The notes under the pieces were generated by a model. That model saw nothing but the letters and a program-made list of their open reading frames with translations, was not told where the DNA came from and ran no database searches. The translations under genes and the position numbers were made by a program. Below, in pieces: positions 20,384-29,618 of a stretch of DNA of 42,620 nucleotides; position 1 is the first letter of the stretch; each line of letters begins with the position of its first letter. Origin of the DNA: a virus (taxonomy: Duplodnaviria > Caudoviricetes); IMG/VR virus record IMGVR_UViG_3300028920_000133, positions 1-42,620 of that record; one strand, 5' to 3'.

Positions 20384-20883
20384 AACCAACTGATTTCCCT
20401 GAGTTCTTCATGGTCAGGGATCGGACAGTCCTTCAGGTATGTCTTGTACTTAACCTTCCAGATCTCGGGGTCAGCATCGACCGGGGCAAGGAATGAATTG
20501 ATCCGAAGACTTCTGGTGTCAAGCCCCTTCGCCTTGATCAGCTCTGTCAGCTCTGGAATCCTTGACACATCCCTCCAGGTGTAGAGCGACAGGGTGATGC
20601 CGTCCACATACGACAGCGTGTCTGCGATAAAGGACAGGTCGCCATCCCATGCGCTGTACACGTAGACCTTAGCGTCTGTCTGACGCTTGATCTCCTCAGC
20701 AACAGTTCGCAGCAGACCGGGTCGCATCAACGGCTCACCTCCAGTGAGAATGATTTCGTCATACCCACTGAGGTCTTCGTTGAAGAAGAACGGTTTCACG
20801 CTACCGCACTCAATGCTTTTGTTCGGACACGTTGAGCATGCCCTGGGACAGTCGCGCCACAGTATTAGTCTGAGCGTTTTCAT
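20380..20883 (-). CDS. Short radical-SAM-fold protein
   Basis: CPRACSTC (CxxxCxxC), IILTGGEP and DGITLS; GGAGG RBS before the ATG at 20883. Confidence 0.8.
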   Translation of the reverse strand: MKTLRLILWRDCPRACSTCPNKSIECGSVKPFFFNEDLSGYDEIILTGGEPLMRPGLLRTVAEEIKRQTDAKVYVYSAWDGDLSFIADTLSYVDGITLSLYTWRDVSRIPELTELIKAKGLDTRSLRINSFLAPVDADPEIWKVKYKTYLKDCPIPDHEELREISWF

Positions 20884-21089
20884 CCGAAGATCCTCCCAAT
20901 AAAAACGGCAAGCACCCACAGGAGGAAGCACAGAATAATGGCGGGCCACCAGACGCCAAAGCAAATTGCAATGATGCCATGTTCAACCATCTCTGTCATG
21001 CTCACCGCAGGAGAAGTCTCCTCCAAAAAGGTTGCAACCATTAATGCCGTGAAGACCATCACTCCCAAGTAAGCCCAAAGGTAAACCAT
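20880..21089 (-). CDS. Small membrane protein
   Basis: Two hydrophobic segments; GGAGGAG RBS. Confidence 0.6.
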   Translation of the reverse strand: MVYLWAYLGVMVFTALMVATFLEETSPAVSMTEMVEHGIIAICFGVWWPAIILCFLLWVLAVFIGRIFG

Positions 21090-21481
21090 CACTCCTCCCC
21101 AATGAAGTTCGCCCGCTCGCCGGTGTTGTCGGGGACGTCGTCGTCGATAGCGGCGCGGCACTGATCCAGACAGTCATTCCACTCTTGGTCGCACGGCGGC
21201 TCAAACTCTGGGCCACCCTTGCTGACACCGTGGTGGAGGTGGACGATCCAGTTCAGCAGATCCCGCGCCTCGGCAAGACTGTCACTCAGGTTCACATTTT
21301 CAATGTGCAGCCGGATTGACTTTCTGAGTGCGGAGTCGCGCTCCTTCTTCATCTCGGCCAGCTCGGCGGTGAGGCGGCGACAATCGTCGTGTTCGGCGGC
21401 GAGCGCAGCACCTAGCTTTTCAACGTCGGCCATTAAACGACGCTCTTCCTGTGTCGGATAGTCGGCCCTGAATTCAGTCAT
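21089..21481 (-). CDS. Hypothetical coiled-coil protein (Ead/Ea22-like mosaic type)
   Basis: RRLTAELAEMK and LAEARDLL modules shared with neighbouring genes. Confidence 0.6.
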   Translation of the reverse strand: MTEFRADYPTQEERRLMADVEKLGAALAAEHDDCRRLTAELAEMKKERDSALRKSIRLHIENVNLSDSLAEARDLLNWIVHLHHGVSKGGPEFEPPCDQEWNDCLDQCRAAIDDDVPDNTGERANFIGEE

Positions 21482-21798
21482 CACTTCACCTCCCCAGCGT
21501 CGATGGCGGCGCGGGACATTAAGTTGTCCCACTCGTCAATCTTCTCGCCCAATTGATCTAGCCACCTAGACTCCTCAGAGCCGCCGAAGCAACATGCTTC
21601 ATATCCCTCTCGCAGCAACTCCCGCAGCTCGGCGTTCTCGGCGGTGAGGTGGTGCAGCCTGTCATCCTCCTCCTTAGCCTGAGAATGGTTGGTGAATGGT
21701 CCAACACAGACCCAGTGTGCCGTGCTGTTGAGCCGGTGTTTTGCTTCTGGGTCTTCCATTAGAGCCGAGTCGCCACAAACAACCCATGTTTCCATCAC
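21481..21798 (-). CDS. Hypothetical protein (mosaic coiled-coil type)
   Basis: LTAENAELRELL module. Confidence 0.6.
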   Translation of the reverse strand: MMETWVVCGDSALMEDPEAKHRLNSTAHWVCVGPFTNHSQAKEEDDRLHHLTAENAELRELLREGYEACCFGGSEESRWLDQLGEKIDEWDNLMSRAAIDAGEVK

Positions 21799-22535
21799 TC
21801 ACCAATCCTTTCTAGCAGGGCGTTGGTTGCTCCATACCATTCCTCAAACAGTTCATTGCACGGATCTGCCGCCTGTGCCAACAACTCCCGCGCCTCGGCA
21901 AGCTGGTCTTTTAGCTTTGCGTTTTCAACCGCGCACCGCTGCTCGGTGTAAGATGGGAGTTCGCCCTCTGCCCGTTCTTTCATCTCGGCAAGCTCAGCGG
22001 TGAGGCGTTTGACTAGATCGTCAGTACTGATTGCCTCAGCTCGCTCAAATGCTGCATCGTTGATGGTGCGGCGGACCTCGGCAAGCTCGTCTTCCAGTGT
22101 TCCCTTGACCGCCCTCACAGTTTCGATCTCACCCTGAAGCCGGACGTTGTCGCGCCGTAACTCGGCAAGCTCGGCATCCTTGCGCTCATGACTGGCATAC
22201 AGTTGTTGGATGCGCTCCTTGGATGCCTCAACCTCACCCTCCAACGACGCAATGTCGGTAGCGGCACGGGAATAGCGTGAGGTCATGGCGTCAAGCTCGG
22301 CTTCCAGTTCTTCGATGCGGTCGTCCTTGGGGTCATGTGGTGGGTTGGCCCTGAATGCTTGGTATACTTCTTCGCAGATACGCTCCCGCTGCTTCATCTT
22401 GTCAAGCTCGGCTTCCAGCTTCCGGTTCGTGGACTCTTGTTCAAACAGTCTGATCTCAAGTCTTCCAATGCGCTCACGCAGCCCACGGTTTTCGCCCTTC
22501 AGAAACATGTACGCGCACTTGTCTGTCTTGCCCAT
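21795..22535 (-). CDS. Hypothetical long coiled-coil protein
   Basis: Repeated LEAELD/AELAE heptads; GGAGG RBS. Confidence 0.7.
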   Translation of the reverse strand: MGKTDKCAYMFLKGENRGLRERIGRLEIRLFEQESTNRKLEAELDKMKQRERICEEVYQAFRANPPHDPKDDRIEELEAELDAMTSRYSRAATDIASLEGEVEASKERIQQLYASHERKDAELAELRRDNVRLQGEIETVRAVKGTLEDELAEVRRTINDAAFERAEAISTDDLVKRLTAELAEMKERAEGELPSYTEQRCAVENAKLKDQLAEARELLAQAADPCNELFEEWYGATNALLERIGE

Positions 22536-22538
22536 CTG

Positions 22539-23228
22539 TCAGCCTCCATGTATTTGGGAAAGTTTTTCAATTGCTCCGGCGTAGGCTTGGTTGACCTCCT
22601 GGATTCTATTGCTGTAAACTCTTTTGTAGTATTCACTTTCGCTGATCGACCTGAGTGTGCTCTCAACCTCCTCATCTTTCCATGTGTCAATGAGGTACCT
22701 GTCATGCTGACACATGTGCTCCCTGAACGCAAGCGTATCACCACGCTTGACGTAGATATCAGGCACGCAACTGTTAGCCAAGCCAGTCCGGATCATCACA
22801 CGCGATGCATTGAGCAGGGTCGCTATGAACCCGGAGGAGTTGATGGCAACCCCATCCTTTGGAATGTCAAGACACAAACCACCATGCCCACACCACCTGG
22901 AGCTAAGTCTTTCCGCGTATCTGTGGTGCTTGTTGTAGCATTGGCGGGAGTATTCATTGAACACTCTCGGGCCTGAGCGGTTTGCATAGGTCACCCCAGG
23001 CGCACAAGAAAACTGGATGTTGTATGCGTCGTTCTGCCATATGATTTTATTGTCCCATCCTCTCCCACAGACTCTCCAGAGCGAAAGCTTTGCGAAGTAA
23101 CACCCCTCACGGAACAACGTGGTTGTGATTTGGTTGGGCCACGCATTCAGATCTGCCCCGTGTTGCAGCTTCAGCTTCACAAGTTTTTTGTGGAGTCTGT
23201 CAACCATGTTGTCCGTGATTGTTTGCAT
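22539..23228 (-). CDS. Hypothetical protein
   Basis: GGAGG RBS before the ATG at 23228 (MQTITDN). Confidence 0.65.
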   Translation of the reverse strand: MQTITDNMVDRLHKKLVKLKLQHGADLNAWPNQITTTLFREGCYFAKLSLWRVCGRGWDNKIIWQNDAYNIQFSCAPGVTYANRSGPRVFNEYSRQCYNKHHRYAERLSSRWCGHGGLCLDIPKDGVAINSSGFIATLLNASRVMIRTGLANSCVPDIYVKRGDTLAFREHMCQHDRYLIDTWKDEEVESTLRSISESEYYKRVYSNRIQEVNQAYAGAIEKLSQIHGG

Positions 23229-23229
23229 C

Positions 23230-23466
23230 TCAGTCCTCCGGCTCCATGTCAAGCTCATCAATGATCGACAGACCCAGCCCCATGCAGTCGGGGCAGGGGA
23301 CGAGGGTGTCCTCGTCGTCGCAGTTGCGCTCCCACACCTCACCCTTGCCACCACACCACACACACTTTGCGGTGGCTGCGCACATTGCCTCAACTTCCTC
23401 CATCTGCTTGGCGAACGTTGACCAGTCTTCGTAACCGTGGACGGGATCTTCAGGTGTTCTTTTCAT
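23230..23466 (-). CDS. Small Zn-finger protein (CxxCxGxG...CxxCxGxG)
   Basis: CVWCGGKG and CPDCMGLG DnaJ-type repeats. Confidence 0.65.
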   Translation of the reverse strand: MKRTPEDPVHGYEDWSTFAKQMEEVEAMCAATAKCVWCGGKGEVWERNCDDEDTLVPCPDCMGLGLSIIDELDMEPED

Positions 23467-23855
23467 CGGTTGCTCCCTTTCTGGATCTGTTCTTTCATCT
23501 TGATCGCAGCCTTGTGGATTGTGCGCTCGGAATTCTTTCGCAGGATATGGTTGATCTGGTACGCCAGTGCGGCTGACCCGGTCGCAATCTCTGTGGCGTG
23601 TATCGTTGTGTCTGTGCCCTTGGCTTCATTGATTGCGTGCTCGGTAACCGTGTTTGCGATGAGCGAAGTTGTGAAGTGTACAGCGATGTCATTCAGGGCG
23701 GCGGCGACAACATCCAACGCCATGTAGATTGTCCAGCCGACAACCCAGATGATGAGTGCGATGGTTCTATGTTGCTCTTCCTTTAGGAAAAAGCTGGCGA
23801 CGAGGGCAACGATGGCGATGAACAGGTAGCTGCGGGCAATAGACTTGATGCGCAT
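23463..23855 (-). CDS. Membrane protein with two N-terminal TM helices
   Basis: AGGAG RBS; hydrophobic N-terminus. Confidence 0.65.
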   Translation of the reverse strand: MRIKSIARSYLFIAIVALVASFFLKEEQHRTIALIIWVVGWTIYMALDVVAAALNDIAVHFTTSLIANTVTEHAINEAKGTDTTIHATEIATGSAALAYQINHILRKNSERTIHKAAIKMKEQIQKGSNR

Positions 23856-23864
23856 GTTTTTCTC

Positions 23865-25205
23865 CTAGTATCCGTAGCCGTGAGGCACATCGATTTCAAT
23901 AATCTGTCCGAAGGGGATCTCATTGTCCGGCCAGTAGCACTTGACACTGTCAACCGGCTGGGTCGAAACCCACAGAACCGGGAACGATGGTACCCTATCC
24001 GGGAACGAACCGCACTCCATGTCGGAGCACACTATCATGGCGGTCGGGTCGCGGTCAACGTTTTCCTCCACCCACTTGAACGGGACGGGGAAGTACGTGC
24101 CGCCGTACCCGGAGTCGTCCTTGATGGGCAGGTCCTCACGGGTGTACTTCTTCACGCCCTGAATGTCAGAGTCGAAGTAAACCACGGTGATCTCCATGTC
24201 GAACTCCTCCAGCATTGCGTTGAGTTCCGACAGGAACTGCCGCCGCTCAAGCTTGGACACGGAGCCGGAATAGTCCATCGCAACGATGAGCCTCGGCTTA
24301 CCCTCGGAGTGCAGGCCGGGGAAGCTGAAGTCCTCACCGGAGTAGCGGCGGTTGCGGCGGGTGAATGAGTAGTCGTCCTTTGTGGTCTCTTCCAAAAAGT
24401 TGCGAAGCACTTGACGCCAGTCAACCTTGGGGTTGGTCAGCTCGTCGATCATGCCCTTCATCCAGCCGGGCACGGACCCCTGCATTTTCTGCGCGACCTG
24501 TGCGGCCTGCACCATTTTTACCGCCCAGTCCTGCTCCAGCTTGCGCTGCTTGTCGCGCTCCATGCCTCCCTGTGGGGGCTGTTGCTGCTGCTGCTGGTCA
24601 CCGTCCTGGTCACCGTCCTGGTCACCGTCCTGGTCACCGTCCTGGTCACCGTCCTGGTCCTGGTTGCCTCCTCCCTGCGGAGGCTGCACACCAACACCTC
24701 CACCTCCACCGCCGCCTTCGCCTTCACCTTCGCCGTCGCCGTCTTCGCTCTCCTCCTCCTCCAGGATCTTGTACGCCTGTTCGATTGTGACGGACGGGCT
24801 GATGTCGGGATGCGCAGGCCACGTTGGTGGGAGTTCGAACCCGGCCTCACGCGCAGCCACTCCGGTGATCATGCTGGACGCCATGTTCCAACGCTCGGCC
24901 TTGCGAGCACCACGCCGGAACGGGTGACCAAGACCGCACGCCAGCGACCCGGCTGCGAGAACACCCTTAAGCTGGTCGTCGGTTGCGCTGGCAACGAACT
25001 CATCCGGGAAGCTGAAGACCTCGCCGTCCACGGTCGGGATCTTCGTCTTCGCACCGGCACGCTTCAGGCCCAGGTTGAAGGCAAGCGTTGCGAACATAAC
25101 CGCGTCGAAGCTCATGGAGCCACGCGCCTTGGTCAGTCTCTTGGAAAAGGTTTCGTCGTCCATGATCGGTTCGGTGTCGGCGTTGGTCGGCATGGCGGAT
25201 GTCAT
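23865..25205 (-). CDS. DUF2201-type metallopeptidase-like N-domain plus vWA domain protein (peptidase motif degenerate)
   Basis: P.VDWRQVLRNF, RRNRR, MIDAS motif DYSGS, GYGGT.F and SDME. The N-domain reads GVLAAGSLACGLGHPFRRG. Confidence 0.85.
   Translation of the reverse strand: MTSAMPTNADTEPIMDDETFSKRLTKARGSMSFDAVMFATLAFNLGLKRAGAKTKIPTVDGEVFSFPDEFVASATDDQLKGVLAAGSLACGLGHPFRRGARKAERWNMASSMITGVAAREAGFELPPTWPAHPDISPSVTIEQAYKILEEEESEDGDGEGEGEGGGGGGGVGVQPPQGGGNQDQDGDQDGDQDGDQDGDQDGDQQQQQQPPQGGMERDKQRKLEQDWAVKMVQAAQVAQKMQGSVPGWMKGMIDELTNPKVDWRQVLRNFLEETTKDDYSFTRRNRRYSGEDFSFPGLHSEGKPRLIVAMDYSGSVSKLERRQFLSELNAMLEEFDMEITVVYFDSDIQGVKKYTREDLPIKDDSGYGGTYFPVPFKWVEENVDRDPTAMIVCSDMECGSFPDRVPSFPVLWVSTQPVDSVKCYWPDNEIPFGQIIEIDVPHGYGY
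24594..24653. repeat. Five perfect tandem copies of the 12-mer CTGGTCACCGTC (encodes DGDQ linker repeats)
   Basis: Read directly from the sequence; in frame within the vWA gene's acidic linker. Confidence 0.95.
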
Positions 25206-26080
25206 CGCGCACCTCCCTGGATTGTGGTGATACTGCTTGCGAGTGCCTTGGCTGCGGCGTTGCGCTTGGCGTCGTCGTCGCGCAGGTCGTCAGCGCCCAC
25301 TGCGACAATCGCCTGCTCAATTTCGCTGACCAGTTTGTTGATGGTTTGGTCGTCGCCAATGTTGAGATCCTTCAGCCAGCGCTGCTGCTCCTGGATGTTG
25401 GCGACAAGCGACCTGCGGATGCCGCGCGGGTCACCCTTGCGCAGGACCCTGAGCGATTTCCTGAACACCTCAACGGCCTCGGCGGCGACGGCGCTGCGCA
25501 TGTCCTCCATGCGCTCGGCCATCTGCGATTCGAACGACCCAGCGATCTCCTCCACTGCCTCACGCGGCACGTCAAGCAACCAGTCAGGCTCGGACGGGAG
25601 TTCGTTCACGTAGTATTTCAGGTTGAACTTGCCGCTGAACTCATTGGTCGTCGGGTAGTCCTCGGCCTTGAACACCGGACCCAGGCGATCAGCCTGCTCG
25701 GCTACGATGCCCGGCCATTCAAGGGCCATCTCTTCGACGACTGCCTTGAATTGTTTCTTGTAGCTCTCCATCGTCTTGGCGTAGTCCAGTAGATCCTGGC
25801 CTCGGACGATGCCCACTCTGCGCCCGGCCCACGGGCGGGTCTTGCGGTAGTGGTAGCGGCGAGCCTGTCCCAAAATCTTTTTGGCGAGTTCCAGCCGACC
25901 GTCGATCACGGTGCGCTTGGTCACCTTCACGTCGTCGTGGTCGATCCCGTGCGCCTTGGCGCTGGCCTCGGTCATGTCGAAGTCGATCTTCTCGGGGGTG
26001 TAGCACGCTGCCTCAAACGTGATGAGTGCGAATCCCTGACGGGCGTTGGCGATGGCGGTTTCGATATCGGCAAATGTCAT
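25202..26080 (-). CDS. DUF3150-like helical protein
   Basis: AR.YHY..T.PW...G...LG..F..EDYP......KF; lies between the MoxR ATPase and vWA genes; GGAGG RBS. Confidence 0.65.
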   Translation of the reverse strand: MTFADIETAIANARQGFALITFEAACYTPEKIDFDMTEASAKAHGIDHDDVKVTKRTVIDGRLELAKKILGQARRYHYRKTRPWAGRRVGIVRGQDLLDYAKTMESYKKQFKAVVEEMALEWPGIVAEQADRLGPVFKAEDYPTTNEFSGKFNLKYYVNELPSEPDWLLDVPREAVEEIAGSFESQMAERMEDMRSAVAAEAVEVFRKSLRVLRKGDPRGIRRSLVANIQEQQRWLKDLNIGDDQTINKLVSEIEQAIVAVGADDLRDDDAKRNAAAKALASSITTIQGGAR

Positions 26081-26111
26081 GGCTGACCTCCTGTTCGGTT
26101 CGGTCGTTTGT

Positions 26112-26167
26112 GTGAGACCCATGTAACGCACCCTTCACTACGTTCAGGGTGCGCTACAGGGTCACCC
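26112..26167 (-). repeat. Intergenic hairpin H1 with conserved loop (+ strand CT-TCACTACGTTC-AG)
   Basis: TGTAACGCACCCT / AGGGTGCGCTACA arms around TCACTACGTTC. Confidence 0.9.
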
Positions 26168-26174
26168 CAGGTTG

Positions 26175-27269
26175 TCACCCCTCAATCACGTCGGGGTTGT
26201 TCTGGAACCACTTGACAAAGTGGTTGGTGTTGGCGATGTCGGGGCAGCGGGTGAAGGCGTCCTTCACCGCGAAGGCACCGAAGTCTTGCGGCAGCTTCGC
26301 AACCAGTTCGAAGAACTGTTTCGCGTTTGCCTTGGTCGCACGCCCTGCGATGGCCGCAGTCGTGGCGTACAGCACGTCCACTTTGTCCAGGCCAGGGCAC
26401 TTGAACGAAGACGGGTCGGTGTAGAGCAGGTCGATGTTCGGCAGGGCATGGAACATGCGGGAGAAGCCCAGCCACTCAATGGCCCAGCCGCCGTCGGTCG
26501 CACCGGCATACATCGCAAGCTCCAGCCCATCCGGGATGCCGTGAACGTAGGCGTCGAAGGCGTTGGTCACCGTGCGGGGGGTGCGCTCATTGTCGCAGCC
26601 GAGAGACGGCTTGAACTTGGGGTTGGCTCTCGCCCACAGGAACTCCAGCCCACGGAAGCGGATGAATGCCACGCACTCAGGCGGGTAGTTGTTGGCGATG
26701 GCCCACTTGGAGTAGTCCTCCACGGTCGGCTCCACCGTGTACAGGAACGCCCTGGTCTTGATGGTCGTGAGGAATCCCTCAACACCGGCCTTGTCCTCCG
26801 CACGGTTGGCGCACATGATGAACCGCACGTGGTCGGAGATCTTGTGGCCGTCGATCCTACGCTCCAGGATCAACTGCTGGATGGCGGCTTGCACCATGCG
26901 CGGTGCCTGCCCGAAGTCGTCCAGGAACACAACCAGCGGGCGGTCGGCTTCGATCATCCGGCGCAGGTCGCCGAAGGCGAAGAACTCTGCCCACTTGACA
27001 CCGTTCTCGTCGGTGTTGAAGCCGGGCATGCCCTTGAAGTCGGTCGGGTCTGCGACCTGGGGATGCATGATCAGGATGTCATACGGGAGATTGTCCAGCT
27101 CGTAACGCAGGTTGGCGACAACCTGCTTGGCGATGTCTGTCTTCCCGATACCGGGCGCACCGAAGAGGATGCAGTTCTGCCGGTGCTGGACGTGAAACGT
27201 CAGGGCCTTGATGGCCTCCCCAATGGTGATGGTTGCGGTGCCCTGCGAAACGCTGGTGTTCTGTGCCAT
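26175..27269 (-). CDS. MoxR/AAA_5-type ATPase
   Basis: Walker A GAPGIGKT, DPTDFKGMP, Walker B VVFLDD, ANR.EDKAG and TPRT. Confidence 0.9.
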   Translation of the reverse strand: MAQNTSVSQGTATITIGEAIKALTFHVQHRQNCILFGAPGIGKTDIAKQVVANLRYELDNLPYDILIMHPQVADPTDFKGMPGFNTDENGVKWAEFFAFGDLRRMIEADRPLVVFLDDFGQAPRMVQAAIQQLILERRIDGHKISDHVRFIMCANRAEDKAGVEGFLTTIKTRAFLYTVEPTVEDYSKWAIANNYPPECVAFIRFRGLEFLWARANPKFKPSLGCDNERTPRTVTNAFDAYVHGIPDGLELAMYAGATDGGWAIEWLGFSRMFHALPNIDLLYTDPSSFKCPGLDKVDVLYATTAAIAGRATKANAKQFFELVAKLPQDFGAFAVKDAFTRCPDIANTNHFVKWFQNNPDVIEG

Positions 27270-27413
27270 GCTGACCTCCATGTGTGTTGCGGGTTAGTAG
27301 ATATGCGCTCAGTGACAGTTGTTGTTTCTGCTTTCGCCGCTTGTGTCTCCGGCGAAATACTTTGTACCTTCGCCGCACTGAGCGTAGCCTTCTGGCTCCG
27401 CCCAACCTGGACA

Positions 27414-28022
27414 TCAGTTCACCGGCTCGTCGTCGCTGAACTTGGCGGCAGCCTGCATGCTCTCTGCGGTCGGGACGCTTGCGTTGGGGTTGATCACCTG
27501 CCCGCTCTGCCCGTCCACCTCCATGATCTGCCCGATCTTCGCAACGTATGCCTCGGCAGACATACAGGCGAAGGGAACAACTTCCGTGAAGAAGTTGGTG
27601 AACTCTTCGCCACCATCCACCTCTGCCTTGGCGTGCATGTCTGCGAGGGAATCGAACATCTCATGCAGTGCGTCTGCGTCTGCCCGGCCAACGATCCCTG
27701 CGGGGACACCATTGGGCGAGGTGATGGTGATGCAGCCGTTCTCTTCCAGGTCGTTGCCAACGACAACCATGCACATGAGTTGAGGGTTGGCGTCCTGGCA
27801 GAACAGCATGATCTCCTGGGTCACGCGCTCAATCGGGATATCGACGATGCCGGTGCTGGCAATCAGCGCCTCAACCTCATCGCCTCCCATGGGCGTGGAC
27901 TTCTGCGACACAAGCTGCACCTGCGTGGTTGTCTCCGTTACTGGGCAGACAAACGCAAGCACAAGCTGCGCATCGATCACGTGGTTTTCGAAGTTGGCTT
28001 CCTTGCGGGTGATCTCGGTCAT
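27414..28022 (-). CDS. Hypothetical acidic protein
   Basis: AAGGAG RBS before MTEITRK. Confidence 0.65.
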   Translation of the reverse strand: MTEITRKEANFENHVIDAQLVLAFVCPVTETTTQVQLVSQKSTPMGGDEVEALIASTGIVDIPIERVTQEIMLFCQDANPQLMCMVVVGNDLEENGCITITSPNGVPAGIVGRADADALHEMFDSLADMHAKAEVDGGEEFTNFFTEVVPFACMSAEAYVAKIGQIMEVDGQSGQVINPNASVPTAESMQAAAKFSDDEPVN

Positions 28023-28073
28023 ACTATTTCTCCTTTGTCCAATGGTCCGTTGATAATTGGCGACTGTCAACAA

Positions 28074-28373
28074 CTATTTTCGCATCATCCACCGGGACAG
28101 CTCGGCCCACGTGGTCACGTGCTCGGGATAGTGGTAGCGCAAGCGCTCCGGGATTGCGGAATGGTCGCTGACCCTGTCGTACCAGTGAGACTTCCCATCC
28201 TTGCCCATGCACCACGGGTCGCTGTACTCGTAGTGGTGCGGGATCGGTGCGCCGGTATGCAGTGCCTGATGCACGGCGCGTCGGTAGGCCCGGTGCCATT
28301 GCCGCTTGTCGTCCTTTTCGCTGGGGCTGGTCGTCCAGCCGCTGACGGGGGAGCGTTTGAAGCTGCGGGCCAT
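28074..28373 (-). CDS. Small basic phage protein
   Basis: MARSFKRSP...SEKDDKR.WHR..R...DPW.M.KDGK; GGAGG RBS. Confidence 0.7.
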   Translation of the reverse strand: MARSFKRSPVSGWTTSPSEKDDKRQWHRAYRRAVHQALHTGAPIPHHYEYSDPWCMGKDGKSHWYDRVSDHSAIPERLRYHYPEHVTTWAELSRWMMRK

Positions 28374-28405
28374 GTCTGCCTCCAATCGGTTTGGGTTTGT
28401 CGGTG

Positions 28406-28465
28406 GGGGGAAGTAGGATCTCTACCCCCTTCACTACGTTCAGGGGGTAGAGATCCTACTCCCCC
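28406..28465 (-). repeat. Intergenic hairpin H2 with conserved loop
   Basis: 19-bp perfect arms AGTAGGATCTCTACCCCCT / AGGGGGTAGAGATCCTACT around TCACTACGTTC. Confidence 0.92.
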
Positions 28466-28758
28466 GGTTTCTGCGGCATGATTTTGAAGTAGCCCTGCAT
28501 ATCTTCAGGCGGGGGAGTGGTCAGCGGCACATGCGCGGATGAGATGAACTTGTCGTCGCTAATGATCAGATTCCAGGTCCCGTCTGTCCACTTGATAACC
28601 CGCAGCCTGCCGATTCTGAAAGGCATCTTCGCCCACAGCTTGGACGTCACGTCCAGGCGCAGCGTCTTGAACTTCGCACCCCCACCGTGCGAGCCTGCAA
28701 GGTACATGGGCCGGTCAACAATCGCCTCATCCCAGGACATCGCGGTCATTTCAAACAT
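28456..28758 (-). CDS. Hypothetical protein
   Basis: GGGAG RBS before MFEMTAM. Confidence 0.6.
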   Translation of the reverse strand: MFEMTAMSWDEAIVDRPMYLAGSHGGGAKFKTLRLDVTSKLWAKMPFRIGRLRVIKWTDGTWNLIISDDKFISSAHVPLTTPPPEDMQGYFKIMPQKPGE

Positions 28759-28855
28759 GTTTTCTCCCTTCACCACGGGACCGACGCGCCGGTATCGCGG
28801 TCATGCATGATGAGATCGTAGATCTCTTGCGCATCATAGCCGTCGTCGCTGTAGT

Positions 28856-29032
28856 TCATCGCTGCTCCCTTTCGCTGAAAAGTTTTTGCATGACGTACCG
28901 TGGCACATGCTTGGTCATTTCGCCTGCGGTTTTAGCGGTGCGCACATGTGCCTTGGCGATCTTCAGGGTTTCGATCTCATCTTCAATGATATCTACGATA
29001 TCATCACGGTCGGTCAGCTTTGCGTCCATCAT
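28856..29032 (-). CDS. Hypothetical protein
   Basis: ATGA-coupled to the upstream gene. Confidence 0.5.
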   Translation of the reverse strand: MMDAKLTDRDDIVDIIEDEIETLKIAKAHVRTAKTAGEMTKHVPRYVMQKLFSEREQR

Positions 29033-29352
29033 GTGGAACAGTGTCCGTGCTGCACGGCCCCGGCCTTGAGCCACTGGGTCCGACCGATCCACTTGTCAAG
29101 TTCCTCGCCCTCATCCTTCAGGCTGTAGATCTTCACGACCTGATCGGTGGCGGTGTCCCAAACCGACAGGCGATCCCACTCAAACGGGTGGCCGACAAAG
29201 CCGAGCTTGCGCGTCATGACCAGCAGACCCGACGCCATGTCCAGGGCAAGCTCACGGGTGATTGCGGTACCGACAACGGTAGGGCGATTGGCGAACGGGT
29301 AACGGTTCCCACCTCGTCGGGCGTGCGCCTCTTCAATCACGATCTCGTACAT
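29029..29352 (-). CDS. Hypothetical protein
   Basis: GGAGGTG RBS. Confidence 0.65.
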   Translation of the reverse strand: MYEIVIEEAHARRGGNRYPFANRPTVVGTAITRELALDMASGLLVMTRKLGFVGHPFEWDRLSVWDTATDQVVKIYSLKDEGEELDKWIGRTQWLKAGAVQHGHCST

Positions 29353-29416
29353 ATCTCACCTCCAAATGGTTTTCGAAATACCCTCAGCCGGGGAGGGTAT
29401 TCCGAAACTCACTCGG

Positions 29417-29617
29417 TCAGCCCGCCTGCACCCAGGTTACCCAGGGCGCAACGGTGCGGGCGGTATCAACGTCGGCGGTCGCCACCTTGACCAGCCATTC
29501 CTCGTCCACCCATGCGGACTCGGCTGTGTAGTCCACGGTAAAGTTAACGCCCGCTGCCGAAAGCAGCCCGGCCACCTCGGCCACGTCGTCGCTAAACATG
29601 AGATCCGCCTTGTGCAT
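29417..29617 (-). CDS. Hypothetical protein
   Basis: GGGGAG RBS before MHKADL. Confidence 0.55.
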   Translation of the reverse strand: MHKADLMFSDDVAEVAGLLSAAGVNFTVDYTAESAWVDEEWLVKVATADVDTARTVAPWVTWVQAG

Positions 29618-29618
29618 G

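Noticed and set aside
24594-24660. Tandem 12-bp repeats as a CRISPR array or iterons
   Set aside because: There are no spacers; the repeat is in frame and encodes a DGDQ low-complexity linker.
26172-28481. 769-aa + strand ORF (and the 400-aa ORF at 24411-25613)
   Set aside because: These are antisense shadows of GC-rich - strand genes that have clear motifs and RBSs.
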